From: Gammaproteobacteria bacterium
GTDB lineage: Bacteria > Pseudomonadota > Gammaproteobacteria > Ga0077536
Reading direction: 5' to 3'
Assembly: GCA_024235015.1 (NCBI GenBank)
Contig: JACKNG010000003.1
Span: 472,397 to 536,396 of the forward strand
DNA length: 64,000 nt
The position numbers and the translations under genes were made by a program. Below are positions 1-9,201 of the stretch, one piece after another. Below the pieces are notes generated by a model. The model did not search any database. It was not told the origin of the DNA and was given only the letters and a program-made list of their open reading frames with translations. Within the stretch, counting starts at the first letter, position 1. Each line of letters begins with the position of its first letter.

Positions 1-452
1 ACACGCTCAAACCGACCATGCCGGCTGCGAGCCCCGCGGTGACCACGAACAAGGCCCGCTCGAAGTCCTCGAAAGCGCTCTCGTCGAGCAGGAAATAAAA
101 CGTCGACGCACCGCGTCGATGAACCTCGACGTGGAACTCGCGGCCATCGAGAACGAGCTCGTCGCCGGCGGGGTCGAAGCCCTGCAGGTAGCCTGGCAGG
201 GTGCTGCGCTCGTCGTCGTCGACATGAAAGACACGGAAGTTCTCGTGCGGCACTTCGGCCAGCGCCGGGTCGCGTTCGTAGAGCGCGAGCAGACTCTGGA
301 TGTCGCGCGCCCGGTAGGTGTCGAACAGCGTGTCCTCGGCGGTTTCGAACGCGACGTAGAGGCCGGCGCTGAACAACAGCGTGACGCCGATACCGAGACC
401 GGCGATGGCTGCGACCAGGCGTTGCCGCAGCGGCCTAGCTGGCGTCTTCATC
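1..452 (-). CDS. Sensor histidine kinase, N-terminal part (runs off window edge); membrane sensor downstream of the OmpR-type regulator
   Basis: Manual translation of the reverse strand from ATG at 452..450 gives MKTPARPLRQRLVAAIAGLGIGVTLLFSAGLYVAFE..., a TM helix followed by soluble sequence with no stop to position 1. Overlaps the response regulator stop by 18 nt (RR-HK operon arrangement). Not in the ORF table because it is open-ended. Confidence 0.45.
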
Positions 453-1121
453 GATGCACAGGCGATAACCCGCCCCGCGGACGGTGTGGATCAGGCGCAC
501 ACCGAACGGCTTGTCGACGGCTTCGCGCAGGGTGTGCACATGAATCTTGAGCGAGTCGGTCTGCGGCGGATCGTCGCCCCAGACCAGGTGTTCGATCTCC
601 CGCCGACTGACCACGCGGTGCGAATTGCGCATCAGGGCCTCGAGGATCTTGCGCCCGGTCGCTGTCAGCGGCAGCAGGCGACCGGCGCGCCTGACCTTGT
701 GCGTCGCGGTGTCGAACTCGAGATCGGCGACACGCAGGCAGGCATCACGGACGGCCCCGCCGGCGCGGCGTACCAGGGCCTCGAGGCGTCCGCCGAGTTC
801 CTCCAGTTCGAACGGCTTGACCACGTAATCATCGGCGCCGTAGCGGAACGCAGCGAGCTTGTCCGGCAGGTCGCTGCGCGCGGTCAGCATGAGGATGGGC
901 ACGGCAGCAAAACCGAGATCGCGCAGGCGCCGACACAACTCCAGCCCCGACAGCCGCGGCAAGGCGATGTCGAGGACGATGACGTCGTGACCGCCGCGCG
1001 TGGCCGATTCCAGTCCGATCGGACCGTCCGGCGCCCACTCGACGGCGTGGCCATCGGCCTCGAAAAAATCACAGACGTTCTGTGCCACGTCGAAATCGTC
1101 CTCGACGAGCAGGATCTTCAT
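435..1121 (-). CDS. OmpR/PhoB-family response regulator (receiver + winged-helix DNA-binding)
   Basis: Translation MKILLVEDDFDVAQ...VLDIALPRLSGLELCRRLR...LTARSDLPDKLAAFRYGADDYVVKPF... with a C-terminal winged-helix (LTATGRKILEALM...RLIHTVRGAGYRL). Start trimmed from the 502-aa ORF to ATG at 1121 (MKILLVEDD); the upstream extension is low-complexity read-through. Confidence 0.9.
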   Translation of the reverse strand: MKILLVEDDFDVAQNVCDFFEADGHAVEWAPDGPIGLESATRGGHDVIVLDIALPRLSGLELCRRLRDLGFAAVPILMLTARSDLPDKLAAFRYGADDYVVKPFELEELGGRLEALVRRAGGAVRDACLRVADLEFDTATHKVRRAGRLLPLTATGRKILEALMRNSHRVVSRREIEHLVWGDDPPQTDSLKIHVHTLREAVDKPFGVRLIHTVRGAGYRLCIDEDAS

Positions 1122-1218
1122 GTGCACGTCCTCTGCGATTGCGCCCCATGCGCCGCCCTGCGTATGCTCCAAGCGTAGCTGCAGGGCACGGCGGCCCGGG
1201 TAAAGCGCAGGTAAAGTT

Positions 1219-3381
1219 TTGGTAAATCGGCACCTGTCACCGGCATGGCCGGGCGGCCCGGCGGATACCCGGCACAGGCACGAGAGCACACTCGGCAGTG
1301 CGCGGCCAGCCACTCGCCGCATCGCGGGACTGGCCGCCGCGATACTCGGCGCCGGCGCTGCCCTGCCGACGCCGGCCGCGGAGGATGCCGCGGGGACCGT
1401 CATCGAGATCGTCGACCGCGACAATACCCGCACCACGCGTCGCGGCACCTTCCTTCCGGGCGCGCCGCGCCGCCTCCCATTCAGCAGTGAGCGTATCGAT
1501 CCGCGGCGCCTCGAGCACCAGCCCGCGGCCGATCTCGGCACCCTGCTCGCGTTTGTCGGCGCGGCCAGCGTGAGCCCCGGCGAGGGCGGCGCGGTCAATG
1601 ATTTCGTGCTGCGCGGTTTTGCCGATACCACGGTGTATCGCAACGGGCTGAACGACTCTCGCGGCATTGCCGCGCCGCGCGACCTGGCCAACATCGAGCA
1701 GGTCGAAGTGCTGCGCGGAGCGGCAGCCGCGCTGTACGGCGACGGCGAGCCGGGCGGCGCCATCAACTTCGTCACCAAGGCGCCGCGCGCGGCCCCGCGT
1801 ACCGAGATCAGCCTGGACGCGGCGCGCTTCGGCGAGCGTTCGTTGCTCGTCGACAGTACCGGGGCGGTGCCCGGCCTGCCCGGGCTCGCCCACCGCGTCG
1901 TCACCAGCCGGCGCCAGGGCGACACCTTCCGCAGCGGGGTCAAGGACGATCACTGGCTGATCGCGCCGGCACTGGCCTGGCACGCCGGCGAGGGTATCGA
2001 TTTCATCGCCAGTGCCGAGTACGTGCGTGACCGGCGCCTGCTGGATGCGGGCATATTCGACTTGCCGGGCGTGCCGTCCGTGGACCCCGCGAACTTCCTC
2101 GGCGAGGCCGCCGCCGGCCCGGCGCGTCACGACGGTTTCAGCACCCAGCTCGAAGCGGGCTTCGCCCTCCCAGATGACTGGAGCCTGTCGTTGCAGGCGG
2201 CCTTCCAACGCACCGTTCTCGGCGGCGCCGCGGTGGAACCGGCGGCCTGGGAAGACGGCCGGCTGCTGCGCGAACTGCAACGGCGGCACGACGCCAGCCA
2301 TGCATGGGAAACCCGCGCCGAACTCGAGCGCAGCCTGCGCCTCGGTGCAACGGAACATGCATTGCGGATGGGCGTCACGGCCATCGTCCTGCGCGAAGCC
2401 ATCAGCCGCGCGACCTCCGACAGTGACGCGTTCCCGTTCGACATCGACCCGTTCGCACGCGCCCGCGACGCCAGTCCCCTGCCCCCGGTCGAGCCCGAGC
2501 GCGACTCGCTCGAACGTCGCCGCCAGTACGCAATCCACTTCAATGATCTCGTCACCCTCTCCGAACATTGGCGCACGCTGTTCGCGCTGCGCTATGACCA
2601 CGTCGCCCAGCGTGGGCGCGATGCCGTCGCTGCGACCCGTTTCGACCAGACATTCGGCCGCGTCAGCCCGCGCCTCGGCGTGGTCTACGACAGCCTGCGC
2701 GGCGCGCTTGCCTACGCCAGTTTCAGCCGCGCATTCGCCGCCAACGAAGGCCTCCAGCCCGACGGCCGGGCGCTCGCACCGACCCGCGCGAACGCCGGTG
2801 AAATCGGTTTGCGCTGGACGCCGCCGACCCTGCCGCTCACGCTCGACGCCGCGTTCTACGCGATCTTCGAACGCGATGTCGCGAACGATGCCCCCGGCAT
2901 GCCCGGCTTCGAGATCCAGAGCGGGCGCCAGCGCAGCCATGGCGTGGAGGTGGACCTGCGCTGGCAGCCGCGGCCGGCACTCGAGCTGCGTGCCCGCTAT
3001 CACTGGCTCGACGCACGCCTGAGCGATGGGCCCCAACTGGCGACCAGCGTCACCCCGCTCAACGCGCCGCGCCACAGCGCAAGCCTGCTCGCGTTCTATC
3101 ATCACCGCGTCGGCGCTACGGCGTTCGACCTGGGCCTCGCCGCGAACTACGTCGGCCGGCGGCGCGCCAGCCTCGATCCGGACGAGCTGGACGTACGCCT
3201 CGGCGACTACCTGCGGTTCGACCTCTTCGCCCGCTGCGCGGTGTCGGCCCACCTCACGGTGCACCTGGGCATCACCAATCTCACCGACACCGCCTACCTC
3301 GCCGGCAGCCAGGGCGATGCGTTCAGCCTCTATCCCGGCGCGCCACGCAGCGTTTCCACAGGCTTACGCCTGCGCTTCTGA
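1219..3381 (+). CDS. TonB-dependent outer-membrane receptor
   Basis: About 700 aa; plug-like region (NDFVLRGF, EQVEVLRGAAAALYG) followed by a long beta-barrel ending in the canonical C-terminal ...STGLRLRF (terminal Phe). The true start may be internal (signal-peptide-like RRIAGLAAAILGAGAALP). Confidence 0.8.
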   Translation: MVNRHLSPAWPGGPADTRHRHESTLGSARPATRRIAGLAAAILGAGAALPTPAAEDAAGTVIEIVDRDNTRTTRRGTFLPGAPRRLPFSSERIDPRRLEHQPAADLGTLLAFVGAASVSPGEGGAVNDFVLRGFADTTVYRNGLNDSRGIAAPRDLANIEQVEVLRGAAAALYGDGEPGGAINFVTKAPRAAPRTEISLDAARFGERSLLVDSTGAVPGLPGLAHRVVTSRRQGDTFRSGVKDDHWLIAPALAWHAGEGIDFIASAEYVRDRRLLDAGIFDLPGVPSVDPANFLGEAAAGPARHDGFSTQLEAGFALPDDWSLSLQAAFQRTVLGGAAVEPAAWEDGRLLRELQRRHDASHAWETRAELERSLRLGATEHALRMGVTAIVLREAISRATSDSDAFPFDIDPFARARDASPLPPVEPERDSLERRRQYAIHFNDLVTLSEHWRTLFALRYDHVAQRGRDAVAATRFDQTFGRVSPRLGVVYDSLRGALAYASFSRAFAANEGLQPDGRALAPTRANAGEIGLRWTPPTLPLTLDAAFYAIFERDVANDAPGMPGFEIQSGRQRSHGVEVDLRWQPRPALELRARYHWLDARLSDGPQLATSVTPLNAPRHSASLLAFYHHRVGATAFDLGLAANYVGRRRASLDPDELDVRLGDYLRFDLFARCAVSAHLTVHLGITNLTDTAYLAGSQGDAFSLYPGAPRSVSTGLRLRF

Positions 3382-3393
3382 ACCGCGACACGC

Positions 3394-3948
3394 TCATTCG
3401 CCCCCGCGCCGCTCCTGGGCCGGCGCAGCCCGCTCTTCCAGCGCGCCGAGCACGCTCATGACGAAGCGCTCCGAGAAGCCCGACACGAAGCACCACACCA
3501 TCAGCTTGCCGAAGTCGGCGATACCGTCCGGGCGCAGGGTCAGCACCATGCGCATGTTCAGGAGTTCGTCCTCGGCCACGGCCGGACGGTTGAAGTTGGG
3601 AAACAGGTTGCTCGTGAACAGGCCGTTGCCACCGTCGCCGGTCAGGATCCCGGACATGAACAGCAGGTAGGTCACCGAGGCCATCAGGCCGCCGTACATC
3701 AGTGGCATCAGGGTCGTGATCCAACTCGCCGCGAGGGCATCGATGGTCGCCGCCTCGGCGCGCGGCAGGCGGCGCAGCAGCGCGATGCTGCCACCCAGGC
3801 AACCGGCCAGGAAGGACAGCGGGAAGGAGCCCAGTTGCCCGGTGAACGCGAACAGGAAGGCGACGAAGCCGGACGCCCCGCCGACGATGACCAGCTGGGC
3901 GACGAACAGGCGCTGGTTGATGACGAATCTCGATGGTTTGTCGCTCAT
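3394..3948 (-). CDS. Hypothetical integral membrane protein
   Basis: 184-aa ORF with several hydrophobic helices (LFVAQLVIVGGASGFVAFLFAF..., LMPLMYGGLMASVTYLLFMSGIL) and non-biased composition. No recognisable family. Confidence 0.55.
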   Translation of the reverse strand: MSDKPSRFVINQRLFVAQLVIVGGASGFVAFLFAFTGQLGSFPLSFLAGCLGGSIALLRRLPRAEAATIDALAASWITTLMPLMYGGLMASVTYLLFMSGILTGDGGNGLFTSNLFPNFNRPAVAEDELLNMRMVLTLRPDGIADFGKLMVWCFVSGFSERFVMSVLGALEERAAPAQERRGGE

Positions 3949-4018
3949 GGCGGCGGTGGCCCTCCCTCAGGACCGTTCCCGTCTCGAAGGCAACTGCCGC
4001 AGCGCCTGCTTCCAGAGA

Positions 4019-4080
4019 GATTTCGGGGACAGACCACGGATTCTGCTGCGGAAAATCCGTGGTCCGTCCCTGAATTCCCC
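4019..4080. repeat. REP/MITE-like palindromic element, family 1, copy 1 (GGGGACAGACCACGGATT ... AATCCGTGGTCCGTCCC)
   Basis: Inverted repeat arms at 4025-4042 and 4054-4070 with an 11-nt loop, flanked by GATTTC/GAATTC. Intergenic, between the membrane-protein gene and the SnoaL-like gene. Confidence 0.7.
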
Positions 4081-4092
4081 ACGCTTCGACCC

Positions 4093-4539
4093 TCAGGTTT
4101 CGACGAAGTCGGTATTGCGCAGGTGCTTGCTCATGTCGCCCATGAGGGGGCGATGCACCACCGTACTCGCGAAGCGCCATCGGCCGTCTTCCCGCACGAA
4201 GGCATCGTGGTAATGGCCGGCGAAGATCGTCTGCAACGGAAAGCCGTCGGTGCCCTGCAGTACGGTCACGTAACGCTGCCCGCGGGCCGTCCCGGCACCT
4301 TCATCGATGTCGAGCTCGATGTTGGTATTGACGTGGCGGGTCCGGGGTGTGCCATCCGGGTAGATGATGATTTTCGACAGCACGTTGTCGTGGATTTCAC
4401 GCGCCCCCCGGCTCGGCCGGTTGCCCTCGACCGACCATTCGCCCTGTTCGAACAGCGCCGCGAACCCGTCGAGGTCACCACCGTCGACGGTAAAACTGTA
4501 GCGATTCAAGAGTGCCAGTATCTCGTCCCTCGCGGACAT
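4093..4539 (-). CDS. SnoaL-like / NTF2-fold domain protein
   Basis: 148-aa product MSARDEILALLNRYSFTVDGGDLDGFAALF... typical of the SnoaL polyketide-cyclase-like fold. Start trimmed to ATG at 4539; the longer 213-aa ORF runs through repeat copy 2. Confidence 0.6.
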   Translation of the reverse strand: MSARDEILALLNRYSFTVDGGDLDGFAALFEQGEWSVEGNRPSRGAREIHDNVLSKIIIYPDGTPRTRHVNTNIELDIDEGAGTARGQRYVTVLQGTDGFPLQTIFAGHYHDAFVREDGRWRFASTVVHRPLMGDMSKHLRNTDFVET

Positions 4540-4601
4540 GCTCGTTCTCCCCGTTCTGCGCGAAACAGACTCAAGAATAGCTTCTCGCGGGGATGATGGC
4601 G

Positions 4602-4694
4602 GAGATTTCGGGGACAGACCATGGTTTCTCTGGCGCGTATCAGTATCGCGGGATGCTGAACGTTCGGAAAATCCGTGGTCTGTCCCCGAATTCC
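4602..4694. repeat. REP/MITE-like palindromic element, family 1, copy 2
   Basis: Arms GGGGACAGACCATGG (4610-4624) and GGAAAATCCGTGGTCTGTCCCCGAATTCC (4666-4694) with a 41-nt loop. Lies in the divergent promoter region between the SnoaL-like and SDR genes. Confidence 0.7.
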
Positions 4695-4790
4695 TTTTCA
4701 ATGACGCCGCAACAACCGGGGTGCTGCCAGGCATGGCGGCACCGAGACTGTGAACACGACGACCCAGGCAGACACAGCGAGGCGCGCATC

Positions 4791-5552
4791 ATGGAAAAAC
4801 TCAACGGCAAAACGGCCATCGTGACCGGGGCAAGTTCGGGCATCGGCCGGGCCACGGCCAGGCTGCTGGCCGCGGAAGGTAGTCGGGTGGTGGTCGGCGC
4901 ACGCCGCGGCGACGAACTCGCATCGCTCGTCGCCGAGATCGAAGCCGACGGCGGCGAAGCCACCGCGCTGGCCGGCGACGTCACCGAGGAATCCTACGCC
5001 GCGGCGCTGGTCGCGCTGGCGGAGGACCGCTTCGGTGGCCTCGACATCGCGGTCAACAACGTCGGCACGCTCGGTCCGCAGACGGCGTTGACCGGCGTCA
5101 CCCTGGCGGACTGGAACCACACGCTCGCGGTCAACCTGACCAGCGCCTTCCTCGGCGCCAAGCACCAGGTGCCCGCGCTCGCGGCGCGCGGCGGTGGGGC
5201 GCTCATCTTCACCGGCACCTTCGTCGGGCACACGGCAGCCTTCCCCGGCCTCGGCGCCTACGGTGCAAGCAAGTCGGGGCTCATCGGCCTCGCGCAAGGG
5301 TTGGCCGTTGACCACGGCGAACAGGGCGTGCGCGTCAACGTCGTCCTACCCGGCGCGACCGACACCGAGATGTTCCGGGAACACAACCCTACTGCCGAGG
5401 CACAGGGCTTCATCGGCCGTCTCACCGCCTTGCGCCGGATTGCACAACCGCTGGAGATCGCACGGGCCGTGCTCTACCTCGCCGCCGACGCCACGTTCAC
5501 CACCGGCACCACGCTGCTCTGCGACGGCGGCGTTTCGATCAACCACACCTGA
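4791..5552 (+). CDS. SDR-family NAD(P)-dependent oxidoreductase
   Basis: MEKLNGKTAIVTGASSGIGRATA... (TGxxxGxG Rossmann motif), NNVG, and catalytic YGASK. 253 aa. Start trimmed to ATG at 4791. Confidence 0.85.
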   Translation: MEKLNGKTAIVTGASSGIGRATARLLAAEGSRVVVGARRGDELASLVAEIEADGGEATALAGDVTEESYAAALVALAEDRFGGLDIAVNNVGTLGPQTALTGVTLADWNHTLAVNLTSAFLGAKHQVPALAARGGGALIFTGTFVGHTAAFPGLGAYGASKSGLIGLAQGLAVDHGEQGVRVNVVLPGATDTEMFREHNPTAEAQGFIGRLTALRRIAQPLEIARAVLYLAADATFTTGTTLLCDGGVSINHT

Positions 5553-5567
5553 ACGGCCGGGAGCGCA

Positions 5568-6341
5568 TTGACGATGAACGACGCAGCCTCTCCGCTCGCC
5601 GGCAAGGTGGCGCTCGTCACCGGCGCCTCGCGCGGTATCGGGCGGGCGATCGCCGCGCGGCTCGCGCGATCCGGCGCCGCGGTGGTGGTCAACTACGCAA
5701 CCGATGAGCGGTCCGCCGCTGATCTGGTCGCCGAAATCCGCGGCACCGGCGACGGCGATGCCATCGCCGTCCGCGCGGATGTCGCCTGTGACGCCGACGT
5801 CGTGCACCTGTTCGAGGCCGCCATCGCCCGCTACGGTCGCCTCGACATCGTCGTCGTCAATGCCGGCTACGCATACTTCGCACCGCTGGCCGAGACACCG
5901 CTGGACGAGTTCGACCGCATGTTCGCCGTCAACACCCGTGGCGCCTTCCTGTGCCTGCGCCAGGCAGCCCGGCAGATCGGCGACGGTGGCCGCATCGTCT
6001 GCATCTCGACCATCGGCACCGTTCTCAACGGACCCGGTGGTGCGTGCTACTTCGGTAGCAAGGCCGCCATCGAGCAGTTCTGCCGCGTCCTGGCGCACGA
6101 ACTCGGCCCGCGCAGGATCACGGTGAACGTCGTCTCGCCGGGTTTCACCGATACCGACATGTTGATCGCGACGGGCGGTAAGGAACCGGCCGCCGCAGCC
6201 TGGATTGACGGCCTCACCCCACTTGGGCGGCTGGGCCGGCCGGCCGAGATCGCCAACGCCGTGCATTTTCTGGTCAATGCGGAAGGCGCCTGGGTCAACC
6301 GGCAGAACCTCGCTGTCGACGGTGGCATCGTCAGCCGCTGA
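5568..6341 (+). CDS. SDR-family oxidoreductase (FabG-like 3-oxoacyl reductase type)
   Basis: LAGKVALVTGASRGIGRAIA, NAG, YFGSKAA and PGFTDTDM motifs. 257 aa. Confidence 0.85.
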   Translation: MTMNDAASPLAGKVALVTGASRGIGRAIAARLARSGAAVVVNYATDERSAADLVAEIRGTGDGDAIAVRADVACDADVVHLFEAAIARYGRLDIVVVNAGYAYFAPLAETPLDEFDRMFAVNTRGAFLCLRQAARQIGDGGRIVCISTIGTVLNGPGGACYFGSKAAIEQFCRVLAHELGPRRITVNVVSPGFTDTDMLIATGGKEPAAAAWIDGLTPLGRLGRPAEIANAVHFLVNAEGAWVNRQNLAVDGGIVSR

Positions 6342-6443
6342 AACGTCACCGCGCTCGATATGAGCATCCGATGTTGCCTGGCCGACAATGAAGCGAAAAA
6401 GGAACTGCTCCTACTCCACCGCACTCCGGTCGTCAGCGCGCTT

Positions 6444-6531
6444 GTTCGGGGACAGACCACGGATTTACCGAACGATCCGAATACCCCGCACCGAATTCCC
6501 GCCAGAGAAACCGTGGTCTGTCCCCGAATTC
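6444..6531. repeat. REP/MITE-like palindromic element, family 1, copy 3
   Basis: Arms GGGGACAGACCACGGATT (6448-6465) and AAACCGTGGTCTGTCCCCGAATTC (6508-6531) with a 42-nt loop containing an extra partial CCCGAATTCCC. Between the convergent SDR and ADH genes. Confidence 0.7.
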
Positions 6532-6548
6532 TTTGCGCCGCCCGCGAA

Positions 6549-7643
6549 TTACTCGAACATCAACACCGTCCGCGTCACCTCGCCCGCCTCCATCGCGCGG
6601 AACGCCTCGCCGACCCGCTCCAGCGGCTCGTGGCGGGTGACCATGCCGTCGAGGTCGAGACGGCCCTGGCGGTAGAGGTCGAGGTAGCGCGGGGCATCGA
6701 TGGTGAAACGGTTGGAGCCCATCATGCAGCCGATGATGCGCTTCTCGGCGAAGAAGTGGTTGGCGATGACCGACACTTTCTCGCCGTGCGGGATGGCGCC
6801 GACCAGTACCGCGGTGCCGTGCGGGGCGAGGCAGTAGAAGGCCTGTTCCAAGAGCTCGGGTACACCGACGGCATCGAAGGCGTAGTCCGGGCCGCCGCGG
6901 CTCATCTTCTTGATCGCCTTGACGAGATTGGACTCGGCGGCGTTCAGGGTCTCGGTCGCGCCGAAGGCGAGCGCGCTCTTCAACTTGGCGTCGTTGAGGT
7001 CGACGGCGATGATCTGCCGCGCGCCGGCGATGCGCGCGCCCTGGATGATGGAGATGCCGACGCCGCCGGCACCGAACACCACCACCGACGAACCGGGTTC
7101 GACCTTGGCCGTGTTGAGCGCGGCGCCGACGCCGGTGGTCACCGCGCAGCCGACGAGCGCGGCGCGGTCGAGCGGGATGTCGGGGTCGATCTTCACCACC
7201 GCGCGGTGGTGCAGCAGCATGCCCTCGGCGAAGGCGGCGAGGTCGGCGTACTGGTGGATGACCTCGTCACCCTTGTGAATGCGCGGCGCCTCGCCCGGCG
7301 CACGCTGGCAGGCGGCGCGATCGGTGCAGAGGTGCGGCCGGCCCTGCACGCACTGGGTGCAGGCGCCGCAGAACATCGAGGTGCAGGCGATGACGTGGTC
7401 GCCCGGGGCAACGTTGCGTACCCGCTCGCCCACCGCCTGCACGATGCCGGCCGGTTCGTGGCCGAGCACTTGCGGGCACGGGGTCAGCATGATGCCGCCG
7501 TTCAGGGCGTGCAGGTCGGAATGGCACACGCCACAGGCGACGGTCTTCACCAGCACCTCGTCCGGGCCGGGGTCGGCCAGTTCGACGTCCTCGATGGTGA
7601 GCGGTTGCTTGATGGCGCGTTGTACGGCGGCCTTGATCTTCAT
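6549..7643 (-). CDS. Zinc-dependent alcohol dehydrogenase (MDR superfamily)
   Basis: GVCHSDLH zinc-ligand motif, structural-zinc cysteines (CGACTQC), and GAGGVG Rossmann motif. 364 aa. Confidence 0.9.
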   Translation of the reverse strand: MKIKAAVQRAIKQPLTIEDVELADPGPDEVLVKTVACGVCHSDLHALNGGIMLTPCPQVLGHEPAGIVQAVGERVRNVAPGDHVIACTSMFCGACTQCVQGRPHLCTDRAACQRAPGEAPRIHKGDEVIHQYADLAAFAEGMLLHHRAVVKIDPDIPLDRAALVGCAVTTGVGAALNTAKVEPGSSVVVFGAGGVGISIIQGARIAGARQIIAVDLNDAKLKSALAFGATETLNAAESNLVKAIKKMSRGGPDYAFDAVGVPELLEQAFYCLAPHGTAVLVGAIPHGEKVSVIANHFFAEKRIIGCMMGSNRFTIDAPRYLDLYRQGRLDLDGMVTRHEPLERVGEAFRAMEAGEVTRTVLMFE

Positions 7644-7678
7644 CGTCGTTCTCCCCTCGCAGATGTCCGCTTACCGCT

Positions 7679-9157
7679 TCAACCGGCCGCGGCGGCGGCG
7701 CGCGGCGCGCTGTCGTAGGCCTCGGTATCGTCGCGCGTGGTACGCGCGGTGTATTCCTCGAGATCGTGCGGCCACTGGGTGACCATGCGACCCGACCTGG
7801 CGTTGTAGTAATGGCCGCAGTTGGCCTGCCACACCTCGACTTGCTTGATGTCCTGCTGCATGACCTCGTTGTAGCGTTGCTCGACGTCGTTGCGCACGTC
7901 GATCCAGGCCAGCCGTTCGCGCATCACGCGCTCGATCTGGCGCACGATGTAGCCGACCTGGCGCTCGATCATGAACAGGATCGAACCGTTGTTGGTATTC
8001 GGCCCGTAGAGCATGAAGAGGTTCGGGAAACCGTGGGTGGTGATGCCGAGATAGGCCTGGGCACCGTCGCTCCAGGCATCGTCGATACGCACCCCGTCGC
8101 GTCCCGTCACCTCGATGGCCGAGAGGTAGCGCGAGACCTGGAAGCCGGTGGCGACGATGACGCAGTCCACTGCGCGCTCGCGGCCATCGGCGGTAACCAC
8201 GCCGTGCGCGCCCAGGCGCTCGATCCGATCGGTAACGAGCTCGACCTGCGGCAGGTTGAACGTCGGGTAATAGAGATTGGAGAACAAGGGGCGTTTGCAG
8301 CCGAAGGGATGCGTCGGCACCAGTGCCTGGCGCACGGCCGGATCCTTCACCACCTCGATGTTCTCGAGCGCGAGGCGGGTGTTCTCGGCCTGCAACTCGG
8401 GATCGTTGAAGAGGATGAACTTGTTCAGGTCCTCGTAGATCTGCCGGCGCGACTCGAAGATGGCGTCCGGATCGTTGACGAAGTGCTCGAGTTCTTCCTG
8501 CGTGTAGGGCGCATCGTCCTTCGGCGCCACCCAGTTGGCGGTACGCTGGAAAACGTGCAGTGCCGCGGTCTTGGGCGCGATCTCGGGCACGAACTGCACC
8601 GCGCTCGCGGCCGAGCCGATGACGGCGACACGTTTACCGGCGAGGTCGTAGTCGTGGTCCCAGCGCGCGGAATGGAACAGCTTGCCCTCGAAGTCGTCGA
8701 GGCCGGCGATGTCGGGCCACTGCAACTCGTTGAACATGCCCATGGCGCTGACCAGGAAAGGCGCACGGAAGACCTCGCCGGCGGCCGTCTCGACCACCCA
8801 CTCGGTGGCCTCGTCGTCCCAGCGCGCCGCGCTGACCGCCTGGTTGAAGCGGCAGTAGGGCAGGATGGCGTACTTCTCCGCCACGTGCTGCATGTAGTCG
8901 AGGATCTCGGCCTGGCCGGCGAAGGGCCGCGACCAGTCGCGCTTGATCTCGAAGGAGAAGGAATACAGGTGCGATTTGACGTCGCACTCGGCGCCGGGAT
9001 AGCGGTTGTGCCACCACGTACCGCCGACCCCGCCGGCCTTCTCCAGGATGACGAAATCCTCGATGCCCGCCTCGCGCAGCTTGATGGCGGTGCACATGCC
9101 GCCCGGGCCGGCGCCGATGACGATGATGCGATGGTGGTGGGTGGACTTGCTGTTCAT
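7679..9157 (-). CDS. Flavin-containing Baeyer-Villiger-type monooxygenase (FAD/NADPH)
   Basis: N-terminal GAGPGG FAD motif, BVMO fingerprint FEGKLFHSARWDHDYD, second Rossmann GSAASAVQ. 492 aa from ATG at 9157 (MNSKSTHHHRIIVIGAGPGG). The 779-aa ORF in the table is a read-through fusion with the regulator upstream. Confidence 0.9.
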   Translation of the reverse strand: MNSKSTHHHRIIVIGAGPGGMCTAIKLREAGIEDFVILEKAGGVGGTWWHNRYPGAECDVKSHLYSFSFEIKRDWSRPFAGQAEILDYMQHVAEKYAILPYCRFNQAVSAARWDDEATEWVVETAAGEVFRAPFLVSAMGMFNELQWPDIAGLDDFEGKLFHSARWDHDYDLAGKRVAVIGSAASAVQFVPEIAPKTAALHVFQRTANWVAPKDDAPYTQEELEHFVNDPDAIFESRRQIYEDLNKFILFNDPELQAENTRLALENIEVVKDPAVRQALVPTHPFGCKRPLFSNLYYPTFNLPQVELVTDRIERLGAHGVVTADGRERAVDCVIVATGFQVSRYLSAIEVTGRDGVRIDDAWSDGAQAYLGITTHGFPNLFMLYGPNTNNGSILFMIERQVGYIVRQIERVMRERLAWIDVRNDVEQRYNEVMQQDIKQVEVWQANCGHYYNARSGRMVTQWPHDLEEYTARTTRDDTEAYDSAPRAAAAAG

Positions 9158-9201
9158 GCGCTCCCCTGTGTCGAACTCGGTTCTCTCGCGGCGTGTATCG
9201 A

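Noticed and set aside
435-1943. 502-aa version of the response-regulator ORF
   Set aside because: The upstream 274 residues are Ser/Ala/Pro/Arg-rich read-through overlapping the promoter and the antisense of the TonB receptor gene start. Receiver domain homology begins at MKILLVEDD (ATG 1121).
1237-3264. 675-aa minus-strand ORF opposite the TonB-dependent receptor
   Set aside because: Antisense shadow ORF. The plus-strand product has the plug/barrel organisation and C-terminal Phe of a TonB-dependent receptor.
4093-4734. 213-aa version of the SnoaL-like ORF
   Set aside because: Its N-terminal 65 residues are translated from repeat copy 2 (4602-4694) and the divergent promoter region. Trimmed to the internal ATG at 4539, which begins the conserved SnoaL fold.
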